From contig JANMPT010000050.1 in NCBI GenBank assembly GCA_031370005.1, forward strand, positions 14,829-78,828: DNA of 64,000 nucleotides. The letters run 5' to 3'. The number at the start of each line of letters is the position of its first letter. The stretch's first letter is position 1. Both the position numbers and the translations under genes were made by a program. Source of the DNA: Bdellovibrionales bacterium (lineage in GTDB: Bacteria > Bdellovibrionota > Bdellovibrionia > Bdellovibrionales > Bdellovibrionaceae). Shown here one piece after another: positions 9,969-17,655 of the stretch. Below the pieces are notes generated by a model that was not told where the DNA came from, searched no databases, and saw nothing but the letters and a program-made list of their open reading frames with translations.

Positions 9969-10988
9969 ATGAAAAAGCTAAAGGTTTTCCTATCGAATAG
10001 TTTAAATCCTCATCTTAATTTGGCCACAGAGGAGTGGATCTTCCATAATCTGGACCCTTCTCAACAAGTTCTTTTTTTATGGCGTAATGAAGAAACTGTT
10101 GTGATTGGGCGTAATCAAAATCCTTGGTCCGAGTGCAATCTCGCGAAAATGAAAAGCGAAAGTGTTCATCTGGCCCGCAGAACCACCGGTGGCGGTGCGG
10201 TTTTCCAAGACCTCGGCAATACTAATTTTACGTTCCTTTCTCCGCGAGAGGCCTATAAGCGTGAAGACAATGTGCAAATTATTTTCCAAGCCTTAAGACA
10301 GTTCGGTATTGAGGGTGAGGCCTCTGGTCGCAACGATCTTTTGATCCCGTTTCCAGATGGGCCACGCAAGTTCAGCGGAAGTGCGTATCGCGAAAAAAAA
10401 GATCGAGCCTTTCACCATGGGACTTTGCTTTTGCATACGGATCTAAATCGCTTGGGGCAATATTTGACTCCAAACCTAAAGAAGCTGCAAGCAAAGGGCA
10501 AAGAATCCGTGCGTGCACGAGTGGCAAACCTAACGGAAGTCGCTAGCCACATTGAGCATAGTAAAATTGTTGAATCAATAATTTGGTCTTTTGAAAAGTT
10601 CCATGATGGAAAGGCCGAGATTGTTTCTTTGGATCTTGCGAGTCTACCGAAGATTCCAGAACTTAAAGGACAGTATGACACTTTATGTTCATGGGATTGG
10701 CTCTATGGCTCGACTCTCGAGTTTAATCAAAAGATGGATGAATATCTAAGTCTTGGTTTTTTTGATTTTCATTTCAAAGTCGATGAAGGCCGCATCACAG
10801 ATTTGCAGATTTTCACAGATTGCTTATATCCTCAACTTATTGAAGATTTGACCGGAGGGCTGAAGGGGCTTGCCTATTCCGGGGAGTCAATTCGCAAAGT
10901 CTTTAGCGCTGCAAACGCAAAGTATATGGACCTTGCCTCAGGTCTTGCTGAGCTTGAGCAGTGGCTTCGCAGACAGATTGAAATCTAG
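9969..10988 (+). CDS. lplA: lipoate-protein ligase A
   Basis: NLATEE, VIGRNQNPW, RRTTGGGAVFQDLGN, GRNDL, KFSGSA, HHGTLL, SVRARVANL. Confidence 0.95.
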   Translation: MKKLKVFLSNSLNPHLNLATEEWIFHNLDPSQQVLFLWRNEETVVIGRNQNPWSECNLAKMKSESVHLARRTTGGGAVFQDLGNTNFTFLSPREAYKREDNVQIIFQALRQFGIEGEASGRNDLLIPFPDGPRKFSGSAYREKKDRAFHHGTLLLHTDLNRLGQYLTPNLKKLQAKGKESVRARVANLTEVASHIEHSKIVESIIWSFEKFHDGKAEIVSLDLASLPKIPELKGQYDTLCSWDWLYGSTLEFNQKMDEYLSLGFFDFHFKVDEGRITDLQIFTDCLYPQLIEDLTGGLKGLAYSGESIRKVFSAANAKYMDLASGLAELEQWLRRQIEI

Positions 10989-10997
10989 GCTACCGCT

Positions 10998-11648
10998 ATG
11001 TCGACAATCAATCCGCACTACACTTTTAATTATTCACAACCTGAGGAGTATCATTTCTCTCATGACTCCGTATTCCTCTCGCGCCGAATCTTTGAGCATC
11101 TCTCGGAGACTGATTTGACGGGGAGTTGTGCTTTGGATATCTGCTCGGGCTCCGGGATTGTCGGAATGGATTTTCTTTTTCATCGTCGGGGTGCGGAACA
11201 AAGTACTCCGGCCTCCTTCGATTTTCTTGAAATTCAAAATGAGTACCGACCACATTTCAATGAAAATATTCAAAGACTAGGTGTCGTTGAGACTGAATTG
11301 CGCTTTTTGAATCGTAATTATAATGATTTATTAGCGCCAGAGTTCGCTGAGAGCTACGATTTAATTCTTTCAAATCCCCCATACTTTTTTACTTGGCAAG
11401 GGAAGCTTTCCCCCTCTGAATTTAAGAATCGGTGTCGTTTTTTTATTGATTCTGATTTAAAAAATCTTTTGTTAGGCATTGCTTCTAGCATTAAAAAAAC
11501 GGGGGTTTCCTATTTGCTTTTACGTGATCTGCCTGCCCATGACTGGAGTGTCATGGCAGCGGCGGAAAAGATTTGTACTGGCAAGTTAAAAATCGAAGTT
11601 CTGGGCGATGTTCGTGGAACTCACTTCGTAAGGTTAGTGCCGATTTGA
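10998..11648 (+). CDS. SAM-dependent N6-adenine methyltransferase (TrmN6/YfiC-like)
   Basis: YSQP..YHFSHDSVFL, LDICSGSGIVG, NPPYF. Confidence 0.8.
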   Translation: MSTINPHYTFNYSQPEEYHFSHDSVFLSRRIFEHLSETDLTGSCALDICSGSGIVGMDFLFHRRGAEQSTPASFDFLEIQNEYRPHFNENIQRLGVVETELRFLNRNYNDLLAPEFAESYDLILSNPPYFFTWQGKLSPSEFKNRCRFFIDSDLKNLLLGIASSIKKTGVSYLLLRDLPAHDWSVMAAAEKICTGKLKIEVLGDVRGTHFVRLVPI

Positions 11649-12352
11649 GTTGGTGCTGCTGAATTTCGTTTCTTAATTTTAGCTTCAGTCTTTACTCGAC
11701 AAGCAGGGTATTGACCAATAACTGACATTATTCTTTTGGTTTTCTGAGAGCGACCTTTTGGGCGAAGAACTTCCCAGTAAGAGCGGGGACTGAACAGGGG
11801 CTCACCGCGCTCGATTTGGTCATTGATCATAGATATTCCGCAAATCAAGCTTCTTTCCGGAGTTGCAGAGTCCCCATTGCGGCAACCGTTTGAGTATCTA
11901 GCCTCTTTGCCTCTATGCAACTGAAGAAGGCCTGCTGCAATTCCGTTTGGACCTTTTGCTTTTTCAGTAAAAATGCATGAGCTTTCATAGTGAGTCATAG
12001 CTGAGACAATCAAGATCCAAAGTCCTTTTTTATCCTCATCACTTAATTTAGTGTAAGGTGGGCAGAGTACTTTGACATCCTTGGGGCCGTCATAGAGGGC
12101 ACGTTGTCTGTCCTTATCCAGTTCCTTTTCAACGATAAGTCCCCACTTTTTAACTTCGCCATCTCCAGCAAAATTCTCACATTTGTCGGCATATCTTTTG
12201 TTGATGATATCACTCACATCAGAGGCGGCATCCATCTCTATGGTGAAGTTTTCTTGGGCACTCATAGCTTTAAAATAGGCGTCATGCTCGTTTGAAGCCA
12301 AGCTATGCTGTGCAAATACAATTGCCGTAACCACTAACGTCCATTTAAGCAT
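11621..12352 (-). CDS. secreted SLT/lysozyme-like peptidoglycan transglycosylase
   Basis: Signal peptide; AMTHYESS (catalytic Glu), GLLQL, ICGISMI, YWEVLR. Confidence 0.75.
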   Translation of the reverse strand: MLKWTLVVTAIVFAQHSLASNEHDAYFKAMSAQENFTIEMDAASDVSDIINKRYADKCENFAGDGEVKKWGLIVEKELDKDRQRALYDGPKDVKVLCPPYTKLSDEDKKGLWILIVSAMTHYESSCIFTEKAKGPNGIAAGLLQLHRGKEARYSNGCRNGDSATPERSLICGISMINDQIERGEPLFSPRSYWEVLRPKGRSQKTKRIMSVIGQYPACRVKTEAKIKKRNSAAPTQIGTNLTK

Positions 12353-12383
12353 ATAATCCCCTTTTTGCTATGATTGAAATCAA

Positions 12384-12399
12384 AGCAAAAGGGGTGCCC
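12384..12399 (-). promoter_or_regulatory. putative sigma54 promoter of the SLT gene
   Basis: Minus strand GGGCACCCCTTTTGCT = GG-N10-GC with TTGC -12, about 31 nt from the ATG. Confidence 0.6.
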
Positions 12400-12637
12400 T
12401 AGTGTATGTGACCATATTTTGAGTTAAGTCGATTTGAGTGTCTCAATTGTAGACAGGCAACAATTTGTGCTTTTTGCCGCCGGGGTCGAGGCCAGGTACT
12501 TGGGGCGTTGTCCTATCTTTAAATGAGGATTTCGGTAAGATTTAACTGCCTAAGCGCCTAAATATACTCAATATTTCTGATGTCTAAAATTAAATTAACC
12601 CGAAGCATAGATATATGCTATATTACTATAATAACTA

Positions 12638-12666
12638 TTGATTTTAAATATTAGTAGCATTATAAT
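12638..12666 (+). promoter_or_regulatory. sigma70 promoter of the three-gene insert
   Basis: TTGATT-N17-TATAAT in an AT-rich tract; GGAGG RBS at 12734-12738. Confidence 0.7.
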
Positions 12667-12742
12667 TTATCCTCAGTAATAAATAATTAACTATTCAATA
12701 TAAGTAGATAAAATTCCGAATGGTATCATATGCGGAGGATGT

Positions 12743-13393
12743 TTGAGTAAACAACAAAAAGTTATAAGCTATGCCAATGTCTCAAAAACAGGGTTAGTCA
12801 TGAGTCCTGATGGGTCGGGATATGCAGTGGATTGGACGGTTCTTCCTGTAAGCGATCATTTCTTTTTGGCCACTAGCTGCCATATAAAAAAGGATCTTAC
12901 TGGGATTCACATTCTTTTTGGAACCGCATCTTCTTTTGAAGAGTCAGAACATTACGATTTGGCGGTAGAACTGCATTTTCCTATCCATGAGGCAAAACTC
13001 TTTTTATATAACAGCGTATTTGTAGAGCTTGGTGGCAACGGCAAAATACCATTTTATGAATCTGTAAAAGAGGCTTTAAATAAACTCAATGTAGGAAGTC
13101 TTTTGGAGACAGAAAACAAAATGAGAAAATTGCCTACAAATAAAAATGCTTCTTTTAGAATGTTCCCAGCAAATTTTGCAGCAATGAGCTACTCTGGGAC
13201 ACAGGCTTTGGTTGAATTTTTTGAAGTGACGCCAGAACTGGTGCATTTTGTAACAACCAGAACGCAAACTCGCCCTCATTCAGGGGTAAAGCCCGTCATA
13301 AGTATTATTTTAGACACGGTAGTATTATTCCAATTTATGAGTCAATGCCGTGATTTACTCAAAAATGTTTCTACTCAGGAGGTCAGTATATGA
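12743..13393 (+). CDS. hypothetical protein with internal duplication (DUF3467-like pattern); first gene of TA operon
   Basis: TTG start with GGAGG; residues 40-90 and 140-205 share a pattern; stop overlaps the next ATG (ATGA). Confidence 0.7.
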   Translation: MSKQQKVISYANVSKTGLVMSPDGSGYAVDWTVLPVSDHFFLATSCHIKKDLTGIHILFGTASSFEESEHYDLAVELHFPIHEAKLFLYNSVFVELGGNGKIPFYESVKEALNKLNVGSLLETENKMRKLPTNKNASFRMFPANFAAMSYSGTQALVEFFEVTPELVHFVTTRTQTRPHSGVKPVISIILDTVVLFQFMSQCRDLLKNVSTQEVSI

Positions 13394-13986
13394 GCTTACA
13401 AAGCCCATTTCTTTTTGATGATAGAGAATACTTTCACTTCGGCGATGTTGCAGTAAGAGAAACCGACTATATTTCTACCTTTGTAGCGGTTTTACGTAAA
13501 GCAAGGCGTCAAGCGCTTAGTTTCTTGATGGCAGGAGCAATGGTAGCTCCGATTGCTGCAAGTCGAACTTATTTGCATAGTTCAGTAGGATCTAGTCCAG
13601 CGCATTTTGCGGTAAAAAAGTCAAAGGTCGTCAGCGGTGAAATTGAAGAAGACCTAAGAAGAGCCTTTATTGATAACAGGAATTTCCTTGGTCTTAAACA
13701 AGTGCAAGCAGCTCTTATTTTGGGACTTAGTGAGTCTACTATAGAAAAATTTGAGCAGGGTGTTTACCCTACGCAGGCGGTTAAAACAAAAGAATTAGTT
13801 TCATTATTTAATGAATGGACTGATGTTCTAAAAGACATTCATGGAGATCGAAAGTTTATTGTAAGACCATTTCTTAAAGTAAAGCGTGATGCTTTGGGTG
13901 ATATCTCATCTTTTGAATATGCAGTAAAACATCCAGGATCTGGTCTTTATGATCTAATTGGCCTTGAGAGAAAAATGTACGGATGA
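13390..13986 (+). CDS. Xre-HTH antitoxin with MbcA/ParS-like C-terminus and long N-terminal extension
   Basis: HTH RNFLGLKQVQAALILGLSESTIEKFEQG; C-terminal FL..KRDALGDISSFEY...G...L; ATGA-coupled to the RES gene. Confidence 0.78.
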   Translation: MSLQSPFLFDDREYFHFGDVAVRETDYISTFVAVLRKARRQALSFLMAGAMVAPIAASRTYLHSSVGSSPAHFAVKKSKVVSGEIEEDLRRAFIDNRNFLGLKQVQAALILGLSESTIEKFEQGVYPTQAVKTKELVSLFNEWTDVLKDIHGDRKFIVRPFLKVKRDALGDISSFEYAVKHPGSGLYDLIGLERKMYG

Positions 13987-14678
13987 TTTGTTATCGGCTA
14001 GTTCGCAAAAAGTTCATATCGCTGGATTCGGACTTTTTTAATAGCGAGCATTCAAAAAGAAATTTAAGTCGCTGGCATACCAATGGTATGCCAGCTCTTT
14101 ATTTTGCCGATTCTAAATTTGGTGCTATTATGGAGTGTGGCAAGTACTGGGTTTGTGACGTAGCCAAAGAGTTAAATCAGATTGTCGAGCTTAGTAAAGG
14201 TAAGCCGCCTTTAGAGTGGAACCTTAAGTATCAAGCATTGTCTAAAATCGAAGGTTATATTGCAACCGTTGAAGTAGATGATGCCCTGCCTATTCTCGAT
14301 CTTACTATGCATCCTCCGGCCCATGACCTATTTCAAAAGGCAGGATTTCCTGACCTTCGAATACCAGATACTAGAAAAAATGTTATTACTAGCATTGATA
14401 AGCACGCGACTAGGCATATTGGGAAACACTATGCTGGTGTAAGAGCTCCAATACTTAAAGCCGTAAGTGCTCGGTATGAAGGCAATTGTCTAATTTTATT
14501 TCCTGGCAACTTTGAGCCTAAGCAAGTGAGGCTTGCTGAAAAAATAGAAGTCACTCTTTATGCGCTTGATAGCAACTCAAAACGTATTTCCGGCAATAAG
14601 ATTGCAAAGTTGAACGAAAGCATGCTGGGTTACGATTTAGATGGCTCTACAGGAACTTTAGCCCCCTTGAAGCTATGA
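13983..14678 (+). CDS. RES-domain toxin (NAD+ phosphorylase/ADP-ribosyltransferase family)
   Basis: YR(4-5), SRW (R30), ALYFA (Y40), AIME (E51), ILDLT, VSAR (S162), GNCLILF. Confidence 0.85.
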   Translation: MICYRLVRKKFISLDSDFFNSEHSKRNLSRWHTNGMPALYFADSKFGAIMECGKYWVCDVAKELNQIVELSKGKPPLEWNLKYQALSKIEGYIATVEVDDALPILDLTMHPPAHDLFQKAGFPDLRIPDTRKNVITSIDKHATRHIGKHYAGVRAPILKAVSARYEGNCLILFPGNFEPKQVRLAEKIEVTLYALDSNSKRISGNKIAKLNESMLGYDLDGSTGTLAPLKL

Positions 14679-14775
14679 AAATTTCGAAAATTGAGTCAGT
14701 ACCTATAGGTATCGGTGGAGCATAGCGCTTGATTGAGCATACCTGTCATCACGAAGACCTTATTTAAGGCAGATC

Positions 14776-15417
14776 TTACTCAGTATCCCAGCCGACGACG
14801 CGGCCTCCTTCAAAATAAACATAGCGTTTTTGTTGATGGAAGCCATCAGTGCCAGGGACGTTGCGTATGTATTTCCAACGTTCATTTTTATAGATTGGGT
14901 TTCCTGAGGATTCCACTGAAATAGGCTCACCCCAGGCGCGTCGAACATACTCCATTTGCATGCCGATAGAGATATCTTGGGAGTCAATTAGTTCTTTCAT
15001 TCTTGTTACAGGGACTCGGGTGCGGCTCCAGATATTATTGCGATTGATCCAGTTTTGCCGACCCTCCAAAGATGGAATGGTTAAGAGCTCTATTTTTTCT
15101 GTATCGTCTTTCAACCAGGGGAGAATTTTCGAGTATTGCTCTTTGGATTGTCGCGAATCGAGGGACTTTTCAAGCTCGCGCAATTTTTTTCGTTGTTGTA
15201 CCTGTTGGAGTTCATCGGCGCTCATGCTGGCGGGGCTAAAACCAAGTTCATAGGCGATGCGAGTGGTCTCCGGGTCTGATCCTTGGGTCTCGACAGCACT
15301 ATAAGTATTCACGACCTTGGGCGCTCGTAAGTTATAGCCGCTATTCTTGGATCTTTGAAATTGGGCACAGGCCATTGCGACAAATGGCATGCAAATCAGT
15401 ATAGGCCACTTCTTCAT
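14776..15417 (-). CDS. hypothetical lipoprotein with C-terminal SmpA/OmlA-like domain
   Basis: Lipobox AMAC; IGM...VRRAWGEP...ERWKY...YVYFEGGRVVGW; GGAGG RBS. Confidence 0.65.
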   Translation of the reverse strand: MKKWPILICMPFVAMACAQFQRSKNSGYNLRAPKVVNTYSAVETQGSDPETTRIAYELGFSPASMSADELQQVQQRKKLRELEKSLDSRQSKEQYSKILPWLKDDTEKIELLTIPSLEGRQNWINRNNIWSRTRVPVTRMKELIDSQDISIGMQMEYVRRAWGEPISVESSGNPIYKNERWKYIRNVPGTDGFHQQKRYVYFEGGRVVGWDTE

Positions 15418-15524
15418 GAGAGATTCTCCTCCGTTTTAGTTTAACCGGAGGTCGACCAGATTAGAATATTCTTGCGAGGTGTAGGCTCCATTCTTTACAA
15501 TAGTCAGGTGGCTATAAGGAAAAA

Positions 15525-16472
15525 ATGACAGAACCAAAAGATCTGAACCAGACAAAAGACCAGCACTCGGATGCTGATGGGCAAGAATTGAGCCCTGATC
15601 AGCTCGATAGCATGATTTTGTCTGAGGCTCCGGATTTTGCGAACGACTTAAATAATGTAAAGTCATTGCCTTCCGATGGCAGTATTGATTTGGATGTTGT
15701 TGATCTTGGCCAAACGTTCTCCGAAAATCCATGGAGCCACCCCATCGGTCTTCGCAAAGTTCTTGTGGCGATCCTTCCTTTTTTACCAAAGCTATGGGAT
15801 TTTCAGTATCGCTTTTTCATGACCTTGCATCTTCGCAGGGCTAATTTAAAAACGGCACTTCGTGAGGCGGGGCCGAGACTTTTACAGGCGACGAAATCAG
15901 GCGGCAAATGGACTTTAGAGTATTCAAAAGGCCGCGCTACGGCTTTCAATGAGCTGACTGGGACTTTAAAAATTGTCGCTGTCTGTTTGATTTTGCTAAG
16001 TGCTTTAACAGCGGCCTTTGTCTATCGCAGCTTTACCAAAGGAGTCTTGCCTGATGGCAAGGAATATTTAATAGCAAGTCTTGAGGAGTGGTCCAACAAA
16101 AGCTACAAATATGATCCAGACACAGAGATGGACTTTTTCTACGATTCACCGCGAACTATTCAAAACATTATGTCATTACCAAAGATGGTGGTGAATCTTC
16201 GCCCATCATCAACCTCGGGGCCAAACCCCATGGCGGCACTAGAGTTTTTTTTAGAAGGGCTTAGTCCCGAGGCGATTGTCGAAGTGAAAGATCGTGAAGT
16301 CGAGATTCGGGATCTTTTTCAAAGAACCATAGAAGAGATGACCTATGGGGAATTAGAAAGCACTGAGGGCAAGCAACAACTTACGGAGAAATTGCGCCAA
16401 GCCCTCAATGATTATCTGACTAAGGGAAAAATTCGAAGAGTTTTTTTTAAAGAGGCAGTGATCAAGCCGTAG
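15525..16472 (+). CDS. fliL: flagellar basal-body-associated FliL family protein
   Basis: TM helix, then MVVNL...EIRD...YGELESTEGKQQLTEKL...IRRVFF. Confidence 0.82.
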   Translation: MTEPKDLNQTKDQHSDADGQELSPDQLDSMILSEAPDFANDLNNVKSLPSDGSIDLDVVDLGQTFSENPWSHPIGLRKVLVAILPFLPKLWDFQYRFFMTLHLRRANLKTALREAGPRLLQATKSGGKWTLEYSKGRATAFNELTGTLKIVAVCLILLSALTAAFVYRSFTKGVLPDGKEYLIASLEEWSNKSYKYDPDTEMDFFYDSPRTIQNIMSLPKMVVNLRPSSTSGPNPMAALEFFLEGLSPEAIVEVKDREVEIRDLFQRTIEEMTYGELESTEGKQQLTEKLRQALNDYLTKGKIRRVFFKEAVIKP

Positions 16473-16475
16473 TTT

Positions 16476-17468
16476 TTAGCCATACAAGCTCTCTGATTTT
16501 ATCCTGTATACTTTGTAGTCGATATTGTACTGACGAAGCCGATCGTTCAAAGTGCTCTTCGGCATTCCTAAATCTTGCGCCGTCTTTCTTTGATTGCCTC
16601 TGTTTTCCTGGAGTTTTTTTAAGATAATGGTTTTTTCCACTTCTTTGATGACAGACATTCTAGTTTGGGAGTTCTCATCTATAGTAGGTGTATATATGGT
16701 AGAGCTTTTAAGTAAGCGCTCTATTTGCTCTAGATCGATTTGCCTATTTGGAAAAATGGCTGCGGCTCGTGACACCAGATTGCGGAGTTCGCGGATGTTC
16801 CCAGGCCAAGAATACATTTTTAGTTTTTGAATAGCAGCAAATGAAAATCGCACCCTCATTTGTTTTGCAAAGATATACAGCAAATCTTCAAAATCATCGA
16901 TGCGCTCCTTTAGGGGCGGAGTATGAATAGAGACTACATTTAAACGAAAAAAAAGATCTGACCGGAACTGACCGTCATTAATTTTCTGCGCAAGATTTTG
17001 GTGAGTCGCAGCGATGACGCGGATATTTGTTTTAATCGTGCGATCGCTACCTACGGGGCGAATTTCATTGTTTTCCAAAGCGCGCAGAAGTTTTGCCTGC
17101 AAATGAAAAGATAGGTCGCCAATTTCATCAAGGAAGAGAGTTCCAAAGCGCGCACATTCAAAGGCACCTTTGCGATCTGAAAAGGCCCCGGTGAAGGCCC
17201 CTTTGATATGACCAAAGAGTTCACTCTCAATCAGGGTCTCGGTAAGGGCGCTACAGTTTACGCTGACGAAGGCGGCTTGAGCTCTTGTCGAGCTCTTATG
17301 AATGGCCTGAGCAATAATATCTTTGCCGGTTCCGGAGGGACCTAGGAGCAAAACTGGGAAGTCGGTTTGTGCAACACCGGGCAGACTTTGCAATTCAGCA
17401 TTCCACAGGGCGTTGCGACTTTGCAATGGAAAGGCTGAGGTCATAGGTAAATTTGTGATTTCGTACAT
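16476..17468 (-). CDS. sigma54-dependent activator (AAA+ plus Fis HTH), no N-terminal sensor domain
   Basis: GPSGTGKD, ESELFGHIKGAFTGA, LFLDEIG, FRSDLFFRL, WPGNIREL, GNQRKTAQDLGM. Confidence 0.93.
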   Translation of the reverse strand: MYEITNLPMTSAFPLQSRNALWNAELQSLPGVAQTDFPVLLLGPSGTGKDIIAQAIHKSSTRAQAAFVSVNCSALTETLIESELFGHIKGAFTGAFSDRKGAFECARFGTLFLDEIGDLSFHLQAKLLRALENNEIRPVGSDRTIKTNIRVIAATHQNLAQKINDGQFRSDLFFRLNVVSIHTPPLKERIDDFEDLLYIFAKQMRVRFSFAAIQKLKMYSWPGNIRELRNLVSRAAAIFPNRQIDLEQIERLLKSSTIYTPTIDENSQTRMSVIKEVEKTIILKKLQENRGNQRKTAQDLGMPKSTLNDRLRQYNIDYKVYRIKSESLYG

Positions 17469-17655
17469 ATTTTCTCCTCGGTTATGGCTGCTGACATTAG
17501 GAAAATGCGTTTCTCTATGAGTTTCTCTATGCGCTATTCCAAGAATCGGACCAAGTCTAAATCAAATGAGCGTAGTTTTACCGAACTTCGGACGAACTTA
17601 TCCAAGTTTCTAGAAGTTGATTCTCAGAATCTAGAATTTCAGGCAAGATCAATGG

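Noticed and set aside
12535..14779. Imperfect inverted repeat flanking the three-gene insert (GTAAGAT-ttaa-CTGCCTAA versus reverse complement GTAAGATCTGCCTTAA), and palindrome TACCTATAGGTA at 14700-14711
   Set aside because: Needs a 4-nt gap and overlaps a host stop codon. No transposase, integrase or target duplication is visible, so it was not called a mobile element.
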